Virus record (IMG/VR): IMGVR_UViG_3300032312_000540
Span: 1-46,815 of that record
Direction: 5' to 3' (one strand)
DNA: 46,815 nt
Source of the DNA: a virus
Taxonomy: Duplodnaviria; Caudoviricetes
The translations under genes and the position numbers were made by a program. The notes beneath the pieces were generated by a model. The model ran no database searches. It saw only the letters and a program-made list of their open reading frames with translations, and was not told where the DNA came from. Position 1 is the first letter of the stretch. Each line of letters starts with the position of its first letter. Positions 5,877-15,330 of the stretch are shown here, in pieces.

Positions 5877-6605
5877 ATGGCAGCAGAATCGATAGGTACT
5901 TTAGTACCAACTAAAATTCCAGGACTATCAGATCCTGCCGATATACAAGCAGCACTACGTTTATATCACTACGGAGACTATTCCTATAATACTGCAAATG
6001 CATCTACTGGATCTTTAGTAAATCCATCTATTGCTTATACAATTAATAATTTACAAAGTCAAATAACTGCAATTGACATTGGTTCAACTTTAAAAAATAC
6101 AGATTTTGCTGCTAAAGGTGATTTACTTTCTGCTTCAGCAAATGACACGTTATCTGTTTTATCTGTTGGAAGTAATGGAACAGTTTTAACTGCTAACTCT
6201 GCAGCGGCATCAGGTTTAGCCTGGACAACACCAGAAGTTACACTTATCAATAGCGCAACATTAACCAATAAAACATTAACTGCTCCAGTTATAAATCTTG
6301 CAATTAATCCTCAAACAACTGCTTATGAATTTGTTCTTGCTGATAATGGAAAGATGGTTGAAGTATTGAGTTCTTCTGCAGTTACCTTATCAATTCCAAC
6401 AAACGCTAATCAAGCATTTGCAACAGGTGCACAAATTACAATTTTACAAACAGGTACAGGACAGGTAACAATTGCAGCAACTACTCCAGGAACTACAACT
6501 GTAAATGGATCTCCAGGGTTAAAATTAAGAGCACAATGGTCATCTGCCGTATGTATTAAACGTGCTACCGACTCTTGGGTTGTTCTTGGAGACTTAGTTG
6601 CATAA
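5877..6605 (+). CDS. short fibre protein with C-terminal adaptor domain
   Basis: AKGDLL...LSVGSNGTVLTANS motif shared with 10132; TLTNKTLT motif; C-terminal ~100 aa paralogous to the C-terminus of 12790-15306. Confidence 0.7.
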   Translation: MAAESIGTLVPTKIPGLSDPADIQAALRLYHYGDYSYNTANASTGSLVNPSIAYTINNLQSQITAIDIGSTLKNTDFAAKGDLLSASANDTLSVLSVGSNGTVLTANSAAASGLAWTTPEVTLINSATLTNKTLTAPVINLAINPQTTAYEFVLADNGKMVEVLSSSAVTLSIPTNANQAFATGAQITILQTGTGQVTIAATTPGTTTVNGSPGLKLRAQWSSAVCIKRATDSWVVLGDLVA

Positions 6606-7555
6606 TGCCAAGACTAGGACCCGTATCATCTTCTGCTGGTCGTAAACCAGGAACACCAATAATTGGAACCGCAACTGCGGGTGAACTTCAAGCAACTGTA
6701 ACATTTACACCACCAAGTTATTTGGGTAAGCCAAGTTCTTCTTTAACATATACCGTTGTTTCATCTCCTGGTTCAATTTCTAACACTGGATCTGAATCAC
6801 CAATTGTAGTTACTGGATTAAGCAGTGGTACTTCTTATACTTTTACAGTTAAATTAAATAATACTATTTTAGATTCCGATTTTTCAGCAGCAAGCAATTC
6901 TGTTTCTCCAGTATCAGCAGGTCCTTTCTTCCCACCATTCTTTCCGTTCTTTCCAACTTTTGTTCCAGAGCCATTCTTCCCGCCGTTCTTCCCATTCTTC
7001 CCATTCTTCCCATTCTTCCCGCCGTTCTTCCCTAACTTCCCACGATTTAGTCAAGGACCGCAGTGTATTTATGAAGATACATTAATTAAAACATCTACTG
7101 GCCTAGTTGCAGTAAAAGATCTTTCCGTAGGAGATATTCTTTACACAATAAACCTTGCAGAAGTAGCAAATGATCATCAGTTTAGTCTTGAGGTTGATCC
7201 AGAAGACTTTAATTCACCAACCTTGACATCTACATCTGGATTAGTTGAAACTGTTGTAACAGCAATTACCGCTAAGGACTTGCCTGCATACATATACTTT
7301 AATAATGATACAAATGGTAGGTTTTCCTTAGAGCAACCAATGTTTGTTAAGACAAGCACAGGAGAGTATAAGGTTATGGCATCAGGTGTAATTCACGAAG
7401 GTGATTATTTAATTAATGTTGATGAAAATGGAATCATATCAGAAACTTTAGTAGAAGCAATTCAAATAGTTCAAGAGCCTTCTACAATGTATGCAATAAG
7501 TTGTGAACCACAAGACTGGTTTATTGCAGATGGATACTTGGTACATAATAAGTAA
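6605..7555 (+). CDS. Fn3 domain - Pro/Phe repeat - Hint (intein-like) domain protein, copy 1
   Basis: Start moved to ATG 6605 (TAATG overlap); Fn3 signature (VTFTPP...YTV...VTGLSSGTSYTFTV); PFF repeat 6923-7042; Hint from CIYEDTLI (7064) to WFIADGYLVHNK*. Confidence 0.8.
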   Translation: MPRLGPVSSSAGRKPGTPIIGTATAGELQATVTFTPPSYLGKPSSSLTYTVVSSPGSISNTGSESPIVVTGLSSGTSYTFTVKLNNTILDSDFSAASNSVSPVSAGPFFPPFFPFFPTFVPEPFFPPFFPFFPFFPFFPPFFPNFPRFSQGPQCIYEDTLIKTSTGLVAVKDLSVGDILYTINLAEVANDHQFSLEVDPEDFNSPTLTSTSGLVETVVTAITAKDLPAYIYFNNDTNGRFSLEQPMFVKTSTGEYKVMASGVIHEGDYLINVDENGIISETLVEAIQIVQEPSTMYAISCEPQDWFIADGYLVHNK

Positions 7556-7564
7556 AGTTTCATA

Positions 7565-7602
7565 AAAAATACCCCCAAGGATTATACCAAGGGGGTATTT
7601 TT
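7565..7602. terminator. bidirectional intrinsic terminator between convergent genes
   Basis: AAAAATACCCCC...GGGGGTATTTTT inverted repeat. Confidence 0.8.
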
Positions 7603-7611
7603 ATTTAATTT

Positions 7612-8163
7612 TTATATTTTGCAGGGGGACTTGTTATACCATTCTTGATATCGTGGTCCATTTACAGAACTCCATGCCGACCAATCTTTTCCACCCTTAG
7701 TCATGTGAAATGTAATTTTTGAATTAATAACTGGGTTAAACAACTCAGCGTTAGAATCAAGATCAAATTTTTCTCTTCGATCAGGACCCAGTTCTCCCAT
7801 CATATTTATTTGAAATACACCATAAGAACTATCACCAGTTTCTGAATTGCCATTAAAAGCAAAAGGTCTTCCATTGGATTCAGCCTTAGCAATTGCACAT
7901 GCAGATCTTAATGAATTACCTTTAAACCCTATTGCTTTTAATAGTTCAACTAACTGCACATCGGTTAATTTATGAGCATTTTCATATTTTTCTAATATTT
8001 TATCCTTAGAAACCAGAAAAGCCCCTTGAGGGGCTGGAATGACTTCTAAAGGTTGTTTAGTCAATAAATTATTATCTAAAGCATTAGCAGAATTGCCAAA
8101 AGGCGCAATTATTCCAACGATAGATAGTAACCCCAACCAAACCTTTTTTTCAATGTTTCTCAT
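7612..8163 (-). CDS. secreted lysozyme-like/SLT lytic transglycosylase
   Basis: N-terminal signal peptide (MRNIEKK-hydrophobic-ANA|L); catalytic AIAKAES motif; SYGVFQIN; LFNPVIN; W.AW. Confidence 0.8.
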   Translation of the reverse strand: MRNIEKKVWLGLLSIVGIIAPFGNSANALDNNLLTKQPLEVIPAPQGAFLVSKDKILEKYENAHKLTDVQLVELLKAIGFKGNSLRSACAIAKAESNGRPFAFNGNSETGDSSYGVFQINMMGELGPDRREKFDLDSNAELFNPVINSKITFHMTKGGKDWSAWSSVNGPRYQEWYNKSPCKI

Positions 8164-8210
8164 TAGTGTTGCCTCCTTAGAAACAAAAACTACCTTTCGG
8201 TAGTATATTA

Positions 8211-8240
8211 ATTATAACACGATTTGAAGGTTTAAGTCAA
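8211..8240 (-). promoter_or_regulatory. SigA-type promoter TTGACT-N18-TATAAT (TGn extended) for the transglycosylase
   Basis: The reverse complement reads TTGACT TAAACCTTCAAATCGTGT TATAAT; AAGGAGG SD at 8178-8172. Confidence 0.7.
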
Positions 8241-8306
8241 CTTTATCAATACCCCATTATATTTTATTTAAAATATAGTGTCATCAAGTGGTATAATAAT
8301 AAGATT

Positions 8307-8834
8307 ATGGCATCTGGTATAACCGCAAACTATGATCTTCCTTTTCCGCTTTCTAGCGATCCAGTAAATATTCATGAAGATTTACAAGATTTAGCAGAGC
8401 AAATTGAATTAATTCTTCCAACAGTTGGATTGCCATATCATACAATAGAAGTTAAAAATGTTAGTGGTGTAAATATTGCAAAAGGTGATCCAGTTTATAT
8501 TACTGGGTTTTCTACTAAACCTACCGTTGCAAAATCGGTAGCAACAAATCTTGCAACATTTCCAGTATTAGGATTAACACAATCAGCAATCGGTAATGGC
8601 ACTGACGGTGTTGTAGTTACATCTGGAATATTTACTGACGTCAATACAAATTCTTATTCTGCTGGAAATATTCTTTATGTAGGAACTACTGGAGGATTAA
8701 CTGCAACACAACCAGCAACTGGTTCTGGCGCAGTAGCAATAGTAGCAAAATCTAATGCAACTACTGGAGTATTAATTGTTGGACAACCAAAAGGTAATGG
8801 ATCTTGGGGGGCATTAAAAAATGGACTTGCTTAA
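8307..8834 (+). CDS. capsid decoration / fibre-base-like structural protein
   Basis: IAKGDPVYI...VLGL...I.NG..G.V...G...G..LYV...GGLT pattern of small beta-tulip cement domains (recognised by eye). Confidence 0.5.
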   Translation: MASGITANYDLPFPLSSDPVNIHEDLQDLAEQIELILPTVGLPYHTIEVKNVSGVNIAKGDPVYITGFSTKPTVAKSVATNLATFPVLGLTQSAIGNGTDGVVVTSGIFTDVNTNSYSAGNILYVGTTGGLTATQPATGSGAVAIVAKSNATTGVLIVGQPKGNGSWGALKNGLA

Positions 8835-8849
8835 TGGTATAATTAAATA

Positions 8850-9299
8850 ATGGCTACATATAGAAACCCCGATGAGTCTTCAATCTCTCCTCAACCAACA
8901 GGTGGAGCAACTTACAATATTGGAAACATTCCTCCACTAGTTAACTGGACAGTTGTTATTGGAGATAGCGCTTCTTTTAGAATTTATGTAGAAGATGATC
9001 TTGGAAATGCATTAGATTATACAAATGATGAAAGTGGAGACATTACTGGCTGGGATATAAAGGCAGATTTTAGACGGTATTCAGATAACGTAGGAACTGA
9101 TTTAATATTTAGTGTAACTCCATATGCAACAGAGTTTGATGATCCAGGAGAATTTACAGTAACTATATCACCAGCACAATCAAAGCAATTAAGAACTGGA
9201 GATGTTTTTGATGTTCAGTTAACTGACAATAATCGTGTTTGGACGGTATGTCAAGGTGAAATGAGCATGATAGGTGAAGTTACAGATCAGGAGTCATAA
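8850..9299 (+). CDS. virion structural adaptor, BppU-N/Ig-like
   Basis: V.WTVV.GDSA...FDVQL...VWTVCQG.M...G.V, paralog of 3648. Confidence 0.55.
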   Translation: MATYRNPDESSISPQPTGGATYNIGNIPPLVNWTVVIGDSASFRIYVEDDLGNALDYTNDESGDITGWDIKADFRRYSDNVGTDLIFSVTPYATEFDDPGEFTVTISPAQSKQLRTGDVFDVQLTDNNRVWTVCQGEMSMIGEVTDQES

Positions 9300-9301
9300 C
9301 A

Positions 9302-9649
9302 ATGGCTATTGCAACAATTAGCAATATATCAAATGCTATTGTTTTTTCTGTAGAAGATTTAAATCCAACAACAACCCCATCTAATATAAAACCTTTTAAT
9401 TCAACACTATCTAACATTGCTTTAGGAACAGTTTTTGCCGTTACAGCATTAACCAATTCCGTTGTAGTTTCTGATTTAGACAGAATTGTTTCAAGTTTTG
9501 AAAAAGTAAACTATGCAAACGTTATTACACCAGAATCAATTTTGCCATTTAGAGTTAGACTTACAAACATTGGTATTGAAGGATATAATCCAGCAAATCC
9601 ACCAGGAATTGGTATTCAAATAATTGGTTTCTCTAATTATATTCTTTAA
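9302..9649 (+). CDS. hypothetical structural protein
   Basis: ORF track; tightly packed in the operon. Confidence 0.6.
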   Translation: MAIATISNISNAIVFSVEDLNPTTTPSNIKPFNSTLSNIALGTVFAVTALTNSVVVSDLDRIVSSFEKVNYANVITPESILPFRVRLTNIGIEGYNPANPPGIGIQIIGFSNYIL

Positions 9650-9669
9650 AAATATGATATAATTCCAGT

Positions 9670-10116
9670 ATGGCTAAAACATCACTTGCAGCAGTAAAAT
9701 CACTATTTCAAACTGGAGATAGACCAACACAGGAAAACTATATTGATTTAATTGACACCCTGTCAGCACAAGCAACAGATTTGGGTAGTTCTGGAAATAA
9801 CGAATCAACAATTAATGGTATTGAAAATTCAACAGTATTTGATAACTTTTTAGCAAGCGAATTTAGATCAATGAGATATGTAATCTCAATTAAAAAGACT
9901 TCTGGAGGCGCAAATAAATTTTACGCCACAGAGATGAATATTCTTGTAGACGGAACAGATGTTTCAGTTACAGAATATGCAACAATTGATAACGATGGGA
10001 ATATTGGCACCATCTCTGTTTCAAGGGCTGGAGATACAGTTTCATTAACTGTTGTTCCAGTGGGAGGACAAACCCCTATAACTCTACGCTACATGCGTAT
10101 GGGATTAAAGGCTTAA
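9670..10116 (+). CDS. structural protein; C-terminal domain shared with 10132-12270
   Basis: LFQTGDRPTQENYIDLIDT N-terminus; D.F.A..F.S..Y.I...E...VDG..V..TEYA domain. Confidence 0.65.
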   Translation: MAKTSLAAVKSLFQTGDRPTQENYIDLIDTLSAQATDLGSSGNNESTINGIENSTVFDNFLASEFRSMRYVISIKKTSGGANKFYATEMNILVDGTDVSVTEYATIDNDGNIGTISVSRAGDTVSLTVVPVGGQTPITLRYMRMGLKA

Positions 10117-10131
10117 CCAAGGAGATAAAAG

Positions 10132-12270
10132 ATGGCAACCGTAACAAAAGATTTTAGAGTAAAAGCGGGACTGGTAGTTGAGGGATCAACTGCGACCGTT
10201 AATGGAAAGAACGTAATCACAGCAGGCACAATTGATGCTAAAGGTGATTTATTAGTAGGTAGTGCAGACGATGCAGTTGCTCGTTTAGCAATTGGCACAA
10301 ACGGTCAAGTACTTACAGCAAACTCATCTGCAACATATGGTGTTGAGTGGTCAGCCCCAGCAGCAGTTGGTGTATTTGATACATCAATTACTTTTGAAGG
10401 TGTAACAGCAGATTCATTTGAAACAACTCTTACAGTAGTTGACCCAACAGCAGATCGTACAATTACACTTCCTAACGTAACAGGTACTGTAGTTACATCT
10501 GGTGATACTGGAACAGTTACAGCAACAATGCTTGCTGCAGATTCAGTAGAGACAACAAAGATTAAAGACGCTAACGTAACAGCAGCAAAACTTGCTTCAA
10601 ATTCTGTAGAGACAGCAAAAATTGTTGATGCTAACGTAACCGCTGTTAAACTTGCTACAGATTCAGTAGAGACAGCAAAGATTAAAGACGCTAACGTAAC
10701 CGCTGTTAAACTTGCTGCAGATTCAGTAGAGACAGCAAAGATTAAAGACGCTAACGTAACAGAAGAAAAACTTGCATCAAACTCAGTTACAAATGCTAAG
10801 ATTGCAGATAGTGCTGTAAATACAGCAGAGATTGCAGATGGCGCAGTAACCACAGCAAAGATTACAGACCTAAACGTAACCACTGGCAAACTTGCAGATA
10901 ACGCAGTAACTACAGCAAAAATTACAGATTTAAATGTAACCGCTGGTAAACTTGCTGCAGACTCTGTTGAAACAGCAAAAATTGTAAATGGTGCAGTAAC
11001 TTCAGATAAAATTGCAGACGGAACAATTGTAAATGGTGATATCAGTGCATCAGCAGCAATTGATCAGTCAAAGATTTCAGGACTTACAACATCACTTAGT
11101 GAAAAACTAGCCCTTGCAGGTGGCACCATGACTGGCGCAATTGCAATGGGTACAAACAAGATCACAGGTCTTGGTACACCAACTGATGCAACAGATGCAG
11201 CAACAAAGGCTTACGTAGATTCAGCAGCACAAGGCATTGACTGGAAAGCATCAGTACGTGCAGCATCAACTGAGAACGTAGACATCGCTGGCTGGCTTCA
11301 GATGAACTCTGTTATGATTGGAATTGATGGAGTTGTTGGTTTAAATAATCAGCGTATTCTTCTTAAAAATCAAACCAATGCTGCAGAAAATGGCATTTAT
11401 GTTGTTTCGTCAGATGGAAGTTCATTATCTCGTGCAACAGATGCAGACACAGGTGCTGAACTTACTTCAAATTTTGCGGTATTCGTAGAACAAGGAACTG
11501 CAAATGCTGATCAAGGTTATGTATTAACTACAGATGGCGCAATCACAGTTGGAACTACAGCACTTGCCTTTACCCAGTTCACTGGTTTGGGACAAATCGT
11601 TGCGGGTACAGGATTAGACAAGACTGGAAACACTCTTAATATTGATTCAACTGTAGTAACATTAACAGATACACAAACCCTTACAAATAAGACATTAACA
11701 TCACCAATATTAACAACTCCAAACCTTGGAACACCAAGTGCATTAACACTTACAAATGCAACTGATCTTCCAGTAGCAACTGGTATTTCAGGTCTTGGAA
11801 CTGGTGTAGCAACATTCCTTGCAACTCCATCTTCTGCAAACCTTGCAGCAGCGCTAACCGATGAAGCAGGATCTGGAACAGTAGCATTTACTACTAGCCC
11901 AACCTTTGTTACACCAACACTTGGTGCAGCAGCAGCGACAAGCATTGCTCTTCCAGATGTTCTTCTTGGATCTGCTCTTGCTACCGCTTCAACTTCAGCA
12001 ACAACAATTGATACATGGTCAGCAACAACATATTCAAGTGCTAAATATATTGTACAAATGAAAAAGGGTACTGATATTGAAGTAATTGAATTACTTGTTA
12101 CAGTTGATGGATCAAACAACGTTTACTTAACAGAGTATGCAGATGTAATCAGCAATGCCGAACTAGGAACAACTAACGCTGTTTACAGCAGTGGAAACGT
12201 TCTTCTTCAGGTAACTGGTGCATCAGCAGATACTGATGTTAAAGTAAGCAAAACTTATATCGAAGCATAA
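10132..12270 (+). CDS. long fibre protein with 20-aa tandem repeats
   Basis: Ala/Thr/Gly-rich; AADSVETAKIKDANVTAAKL repeats; DAATKAYVD and RILLKNQT..ENGIYVV modules; AAGGAG SD. Confidence 0.8.
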   Translation: MATVTKDFRVKAGLVVEGSTATVNGKNVITAGTIDAKGDLLVGSADDAVARLAIGTNGQVLTANSSATYGVEWSAPAAVGVFDTSITFEGVTADSFETTLTVVDPTADRTITLPNVTGTVVTSGDTGTVTATMLAADSVETTKIKDANVTAAKLASNSVETAKIVDANVTAVKLATDSVETAKIKDANVTAVKLAADSVETAKIKDANVTEEKLASNSVTNAKIADSAVNTAEIADGAVTTAKITDLNVTTGKLADNAVTTAKITDLNVTAGKLAADSVETAKIVNGAVTSDKIADGTIVNGDISASAAIDQSKISGLTTSLSEKLALAGGTMTGAIAMGTNKITGLGTPTDATDAATKAYVDSAAQGIDWKASVRAASTENVDIAGWLQMNSVMIGIDGVVGLNNQRILLKNQTNAAENGIYVVSSDGSSLSRATDADTGAELTSNFAVFVEQGTANADQGYVLTTDGAITVGTTALAFTQFTGLGQIVAGTGLDKTGNTLNIDSTVVTLTDTQTLTNKTLTSPILTTPNLGTPSALTLTNATDLPVATGISGLGTGVATFLATPSSANLAAALTDEAGSGTVAFTTSPTFVTPTLGAAAATSIALPDVLLGSALATASTSATTIDTWSATTYSSAKYIVQMKKGTDIEVIELLVTVDGSNNVYLTEYADVISNAELGTTNAVYSSGNVLLQVTGASADTDVKVSKTYIEA
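10531..11040 (+). repeat. degenerate 60-bp (30-bp sub-period) coding tandem repeat
   Basis: Successive 60-nt units such as ATTAAAGACGCTAACGTAAC...TCAGTAGAGACAGCAAAG. Confidence 0.85.
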
Positions 12271-12289
12271 AAAGAAATAGAGGTCGGAA

Positions 12290-12748
12290 GTGGCAACAGT
12301 AAACAAAGACTTTAAGGTAAAGCACGGGCTAAACGTAGCCCTTGGCGGTACTTTTGGATCAACAGTCACAGTTGCCACTCCTACTGAAAATGCACATGCA
12401 GCAACAAAACTATATGTAGATACAGCAGTTGGAACCCCAACAATTGGAACAACAAAACCAGCAAATCCAGTAAATGGAAATTTATGGTTTGATACATTAA
12501 CAGAACGTGTACATGTTTACTACAGTGGTGAATGGCTTGCAATTGCAACATTAGAAGATGCAACAGAACTACAAGACCACATCCACGATACGTCAATTGA
12601 TGGAAATGGTTTAATTGTTACTACATTTATTAGTGGTGGTGCTTATAATGAACCAGGAGTTCTTATTAGCGGTGGGGCTTATAACACAAGTAACGCAGAT
12701 TTTGAAGCAGTGTTTGACGGCGGACTAGCAACAGATAATTTTAATTAA
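12290..12748 (+). CDS. short fibre-associated protein
   Basis: GTG start with GAGGT SD; N-terminus MATVNKDFKVKHGL parallels 10132; HAATKLYVD and P..G.LWFDT motifs. Confidence 0.7.
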   Translation: MATVNKDFKVKHGLNVALGGTFGSTVTVATPTENAHAATKLYVDTAVGTPTIGTTKPANPVNGNLWFDTLTERVHVYYSGEWLAIATLEDATELQDHIHDTSIDGNGLIVTTFISGGAYNEPGVLISGGAYNTSNADFEAVFDGGLATDNFN

Positions 12749-12789
12749 TAATCTGTTATAATATATACCATACACCAAAGGAGTAACAA

Positions 12790-15306
12790 ATGGCCACCAG
12801 AATGCAACAGCGCAAAGGAACAGCAGCGCAATGGACAGCAGCAAATCCAATATTAAATGCTGGAGAAATTGGGTGGGAATCAGATACAAATAAATTTAAA
12901 ATTGGTGATGGAACAAACCACTGGGCTGACCTAGACTATTTTGCTGATATTAATTCTACAGCAAACCCTGCTTTTGGCTCAAGTATTACTTTTGAAGGTA
13001 CAACAGCAAATGACTTTGAAACAGTTTTTCAAATCACAGACCCTACAGCAGATAGAACAATCACATTTCCAGATGCTTCAGGAACAGTTGCTTTAGCAGC
13101 AAACGTAGCAGCATTATCTGGTGCAGCATTTACTGGAGCAGTAACTGGAACAGACCTTTCACTTACAGGAAATTTAACAGTTTTAGGAACTACCACAACT
13201 ATTGATTCATCTACAATTCTACTTAAGAACTCCCTTGTTTTTGAAGGTGCAACAGCAGACTCATTTGAAACTACTATTCAAATTACAGAACCTACAGCAG
13301 ATCAAACAATTACTCTTCAAAATGCATCAGGAGTTATTCCTCTTAGAGATACATCTGACACATTTACAAACAAATCTATCTCATTAACCACAAACACAAT
13401 TACAGGAACAAAAGCAGAGTTTAACGCAGCAATGTCAGATGCAGATTTTGCAACTTTAGCAGGTACCGAAACATTAACAAACAAAACCTTAACCTCTCCA
13501 GTAGTTTCTGGATTAACACTTTCAGATGGTTCACTTGTTATAGAGGGTGCAACAGCAGATGCTTTTGAACTAACAATTTCTGCAGGAGATCCAACTGCTG
13601 ACAGAACTGTTACATTCCAAGACGTATCAGGAACCGTAGCACTTACTGCAGACTTTGCTGGTTATGTAACTGAAACTGGAACACAAACACTTACAAATAA
13701 ATCAATTTCACTTGGCTCAAACACAGTTACTTCAACTCTTGCACAATTAAATACTGCAATCAGTGATGCCGATGTAGCCACACTTGCTGGAACAGAAACA
13801 CTTACAAATAAAACATTAACATCTCCAGTAATAGATGGCAATGGAATTGTATTTGAAGGAGCAACAGCAGATTCTTTTGAAACAACCCTTCAAGTTGTAG
13901 ACCCAACTGCTGATATAACTATCACTCTTCCAAATGCTACAACTACTTTAGTTGGAACTGATACAACTCAGACTCTTTCTAACAAAACATTATCAAGCCC
14001 AACAATTACCGCTGGATCAATAACTGTTCTTGCAACAGTATCTGGTTTAGATAGTGATTTTTCAAGTACATTTGCTCAAGGTGAATTTACAGATTATTCA
14101 CTTTATAAAGATGGAGAAACATTTACAGACTTTAGCGTAAATGACACAGTAAGAGTTAGATCTACAATTAATCCTGCAATTAATTCAATAACATGGACTA
14201 TTGTACAAAAAAATCTAGTAGGTTATCGTCCAAACGTTAAACTTCGTGCAGCAGGAGTCGGAGACGCACTGTTTGAAGATGTTACTGACGGAATATTAGA
14301 AAAAATATCTGGATCTTCAGTTACAATTTCTTCAACTGAAATCTCATACCTTGACGGTGTGACTTCAGCAATTCAGACACAGTTAGACGCTAAGTTACCA
14401 AAATCTGGCGGAACAATGACTGGTGCTATAGCAATGGGAACATCTAAGATCACAGGTCTTGGCACACCAACCGACGCAGCAGATGCAGCAACAAAAGCCT
14501 ATGTAGATGCTCTTGGAGAAGGACTTCATATCCATGCTTCAGTAGTGGCTGCAACAACCGCTAACATTAATCTTGCTACAGATGTTGAAAACGGAGACAC
14601 TCTTGACGGAGTAACTCTTGCAACTGGTAACAGAATTCTTGTTAAGAATCAATCAACTGCATCTCAAAACGGTATTTACGTAGTAGCAGCATCAGGAGCA
14701 CCATCTAGAGCAGCAGACTTTGACTCCCCTGCTGAAATTGACGGAGGAGACTTCGTATTCGTAACTGGAGGAACAGTAAACGATAACAGAGGCTTTGTAC
14801 AGATCAACACTGTTGGAACAGTAGGCACAGATGCAATTGAGTTTAGCCAATTCTCAGGCGCTGGCACATTTGTTGCAGGTAATGGATTAACACTAACTGA
14901 TAACTCATTTACTATTAATACTAGCATTACAGCAGATCTTTCAACAGAACAAACACTTACAAACAAAACCTTAACATCTGCTAAAATTAATTTAGGAATT
15001 AATGCACAAACTGGAACAACCTATACATTTGTTTTAGCCGATGATGGTAAATTTGTAACTGCAAGTAATGCCAATCCAATTACAGTTACTATTCCGCCAA
15101 TAAGTTCACATGCTTATCCAGTTGGAGCGCAATTGAATATTGTTCAAAAGGGTGCAGGCCAAGTTACATTTGCTCAAGGCGCAGGAGTTACAATTAGAAG
15201 TACTGGAACAACTGCCTCAGCACCAAAACTTCGTGTTCAATATTCTTCAGCAACAGCAGTTCATGAAGGTTCAGATATTTGGTACGTTGTAGGAGATATT
15301 AGTTAA
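12790..15306 (+). CDS. long fibre protein (Mtd-N-like N-terminus, internal repeats, C-terminal adaptor domain)
   Basis: QRKGTAAQWTAANPILNAGEIGWESDTNKFKIGDG N-terminus; four FEG.TAD.FET...DPTAD.TIT repeats; TLTNKTLT repeats. Confidence 0.8.
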   Translation: MATRMQQRKGTAAQWTAANPILNAGEIGWESDTNKFKIGDGTNHWADLDYFADINSTANPAFGSSITFEGTTANDFETVFQITDPTADRTITFPDASGTVALAANVAALSGAAFTGAVTGTDLSLTGNLTVLGTTTTIDSSTILLKNSLVFEGATADSFETTIQITEPTADQTITLQNASGVIPLRDTSDTFTNKSISLTTNTITGTKAEFNAAMSDADFATLAGTETLTNKTLTSPVVSGLTLSDGSLVIEGATADAFELTISAGDPTADRTVTFQDVSGTVALTADFAGYVTETGTQTLTNKSISLGSNTVTSTLAQLNTAISDADVATLAGTETLTNKTLTSPVIDGNGIVFEGATADSFETTLQVVDPTADITITLPNATTTLVGTDTTQTLSNKTLSSPTITAGSITVLATVSGLDSDFSSTFAQGEFTDYSLYKDGETFTDFSVNDTVRVRSTINPAINSITWTIVQKNLVGYRPNVKLRAAGVGDALFEDVTDGILEKISGSSVTISSTEISYLDGVTSAIQTQLDAKLPKSGGTMTGAIAMGTSKITGLGTPTDAADAATKAYVDALGEGLHIHASVVAATTANINLATDVENGDTLDGVTLATGNRILVKNQSTASQNGIYVVAASGAPSRAADFDSPAEIDGGDFVFVTGGTVNDNRGFVQINTVGTVGTDAIEFSQFSGAGTFVAGNGLTLTDNSFTINTSITADLSTEQTLTNKTLTSAKINLGINAQTGTTYTFVLADDGKFVTASNANPITVTIPPISSHAYPVGAQLNIVQKGAGQVTFAQGAGVTIRSTGTTASAPKLRVQYSSATAVHEGSDIWYVVGDIS

Positions 15307-15330
15307 TTAGTTAAAGGGAGGTCTTCGTAA

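Noticed and set aside
8164-8306. c-di-AMP (ydaO) riboswitch before the Rpf-like/SLT gene
   Set aside because: The 5' UTR is only about 40 nt with a single hairpin, too short for the aptamer.
10305-12119. Long antisense ORFs (194 aa, 200 aa), and similar ones at 31183-31722 and inside nrdJ and the tape measure gene
   Set aside because: Typical stop-poor reverse frames of Ala/Thr/Val-rich genes; no initiation signals.
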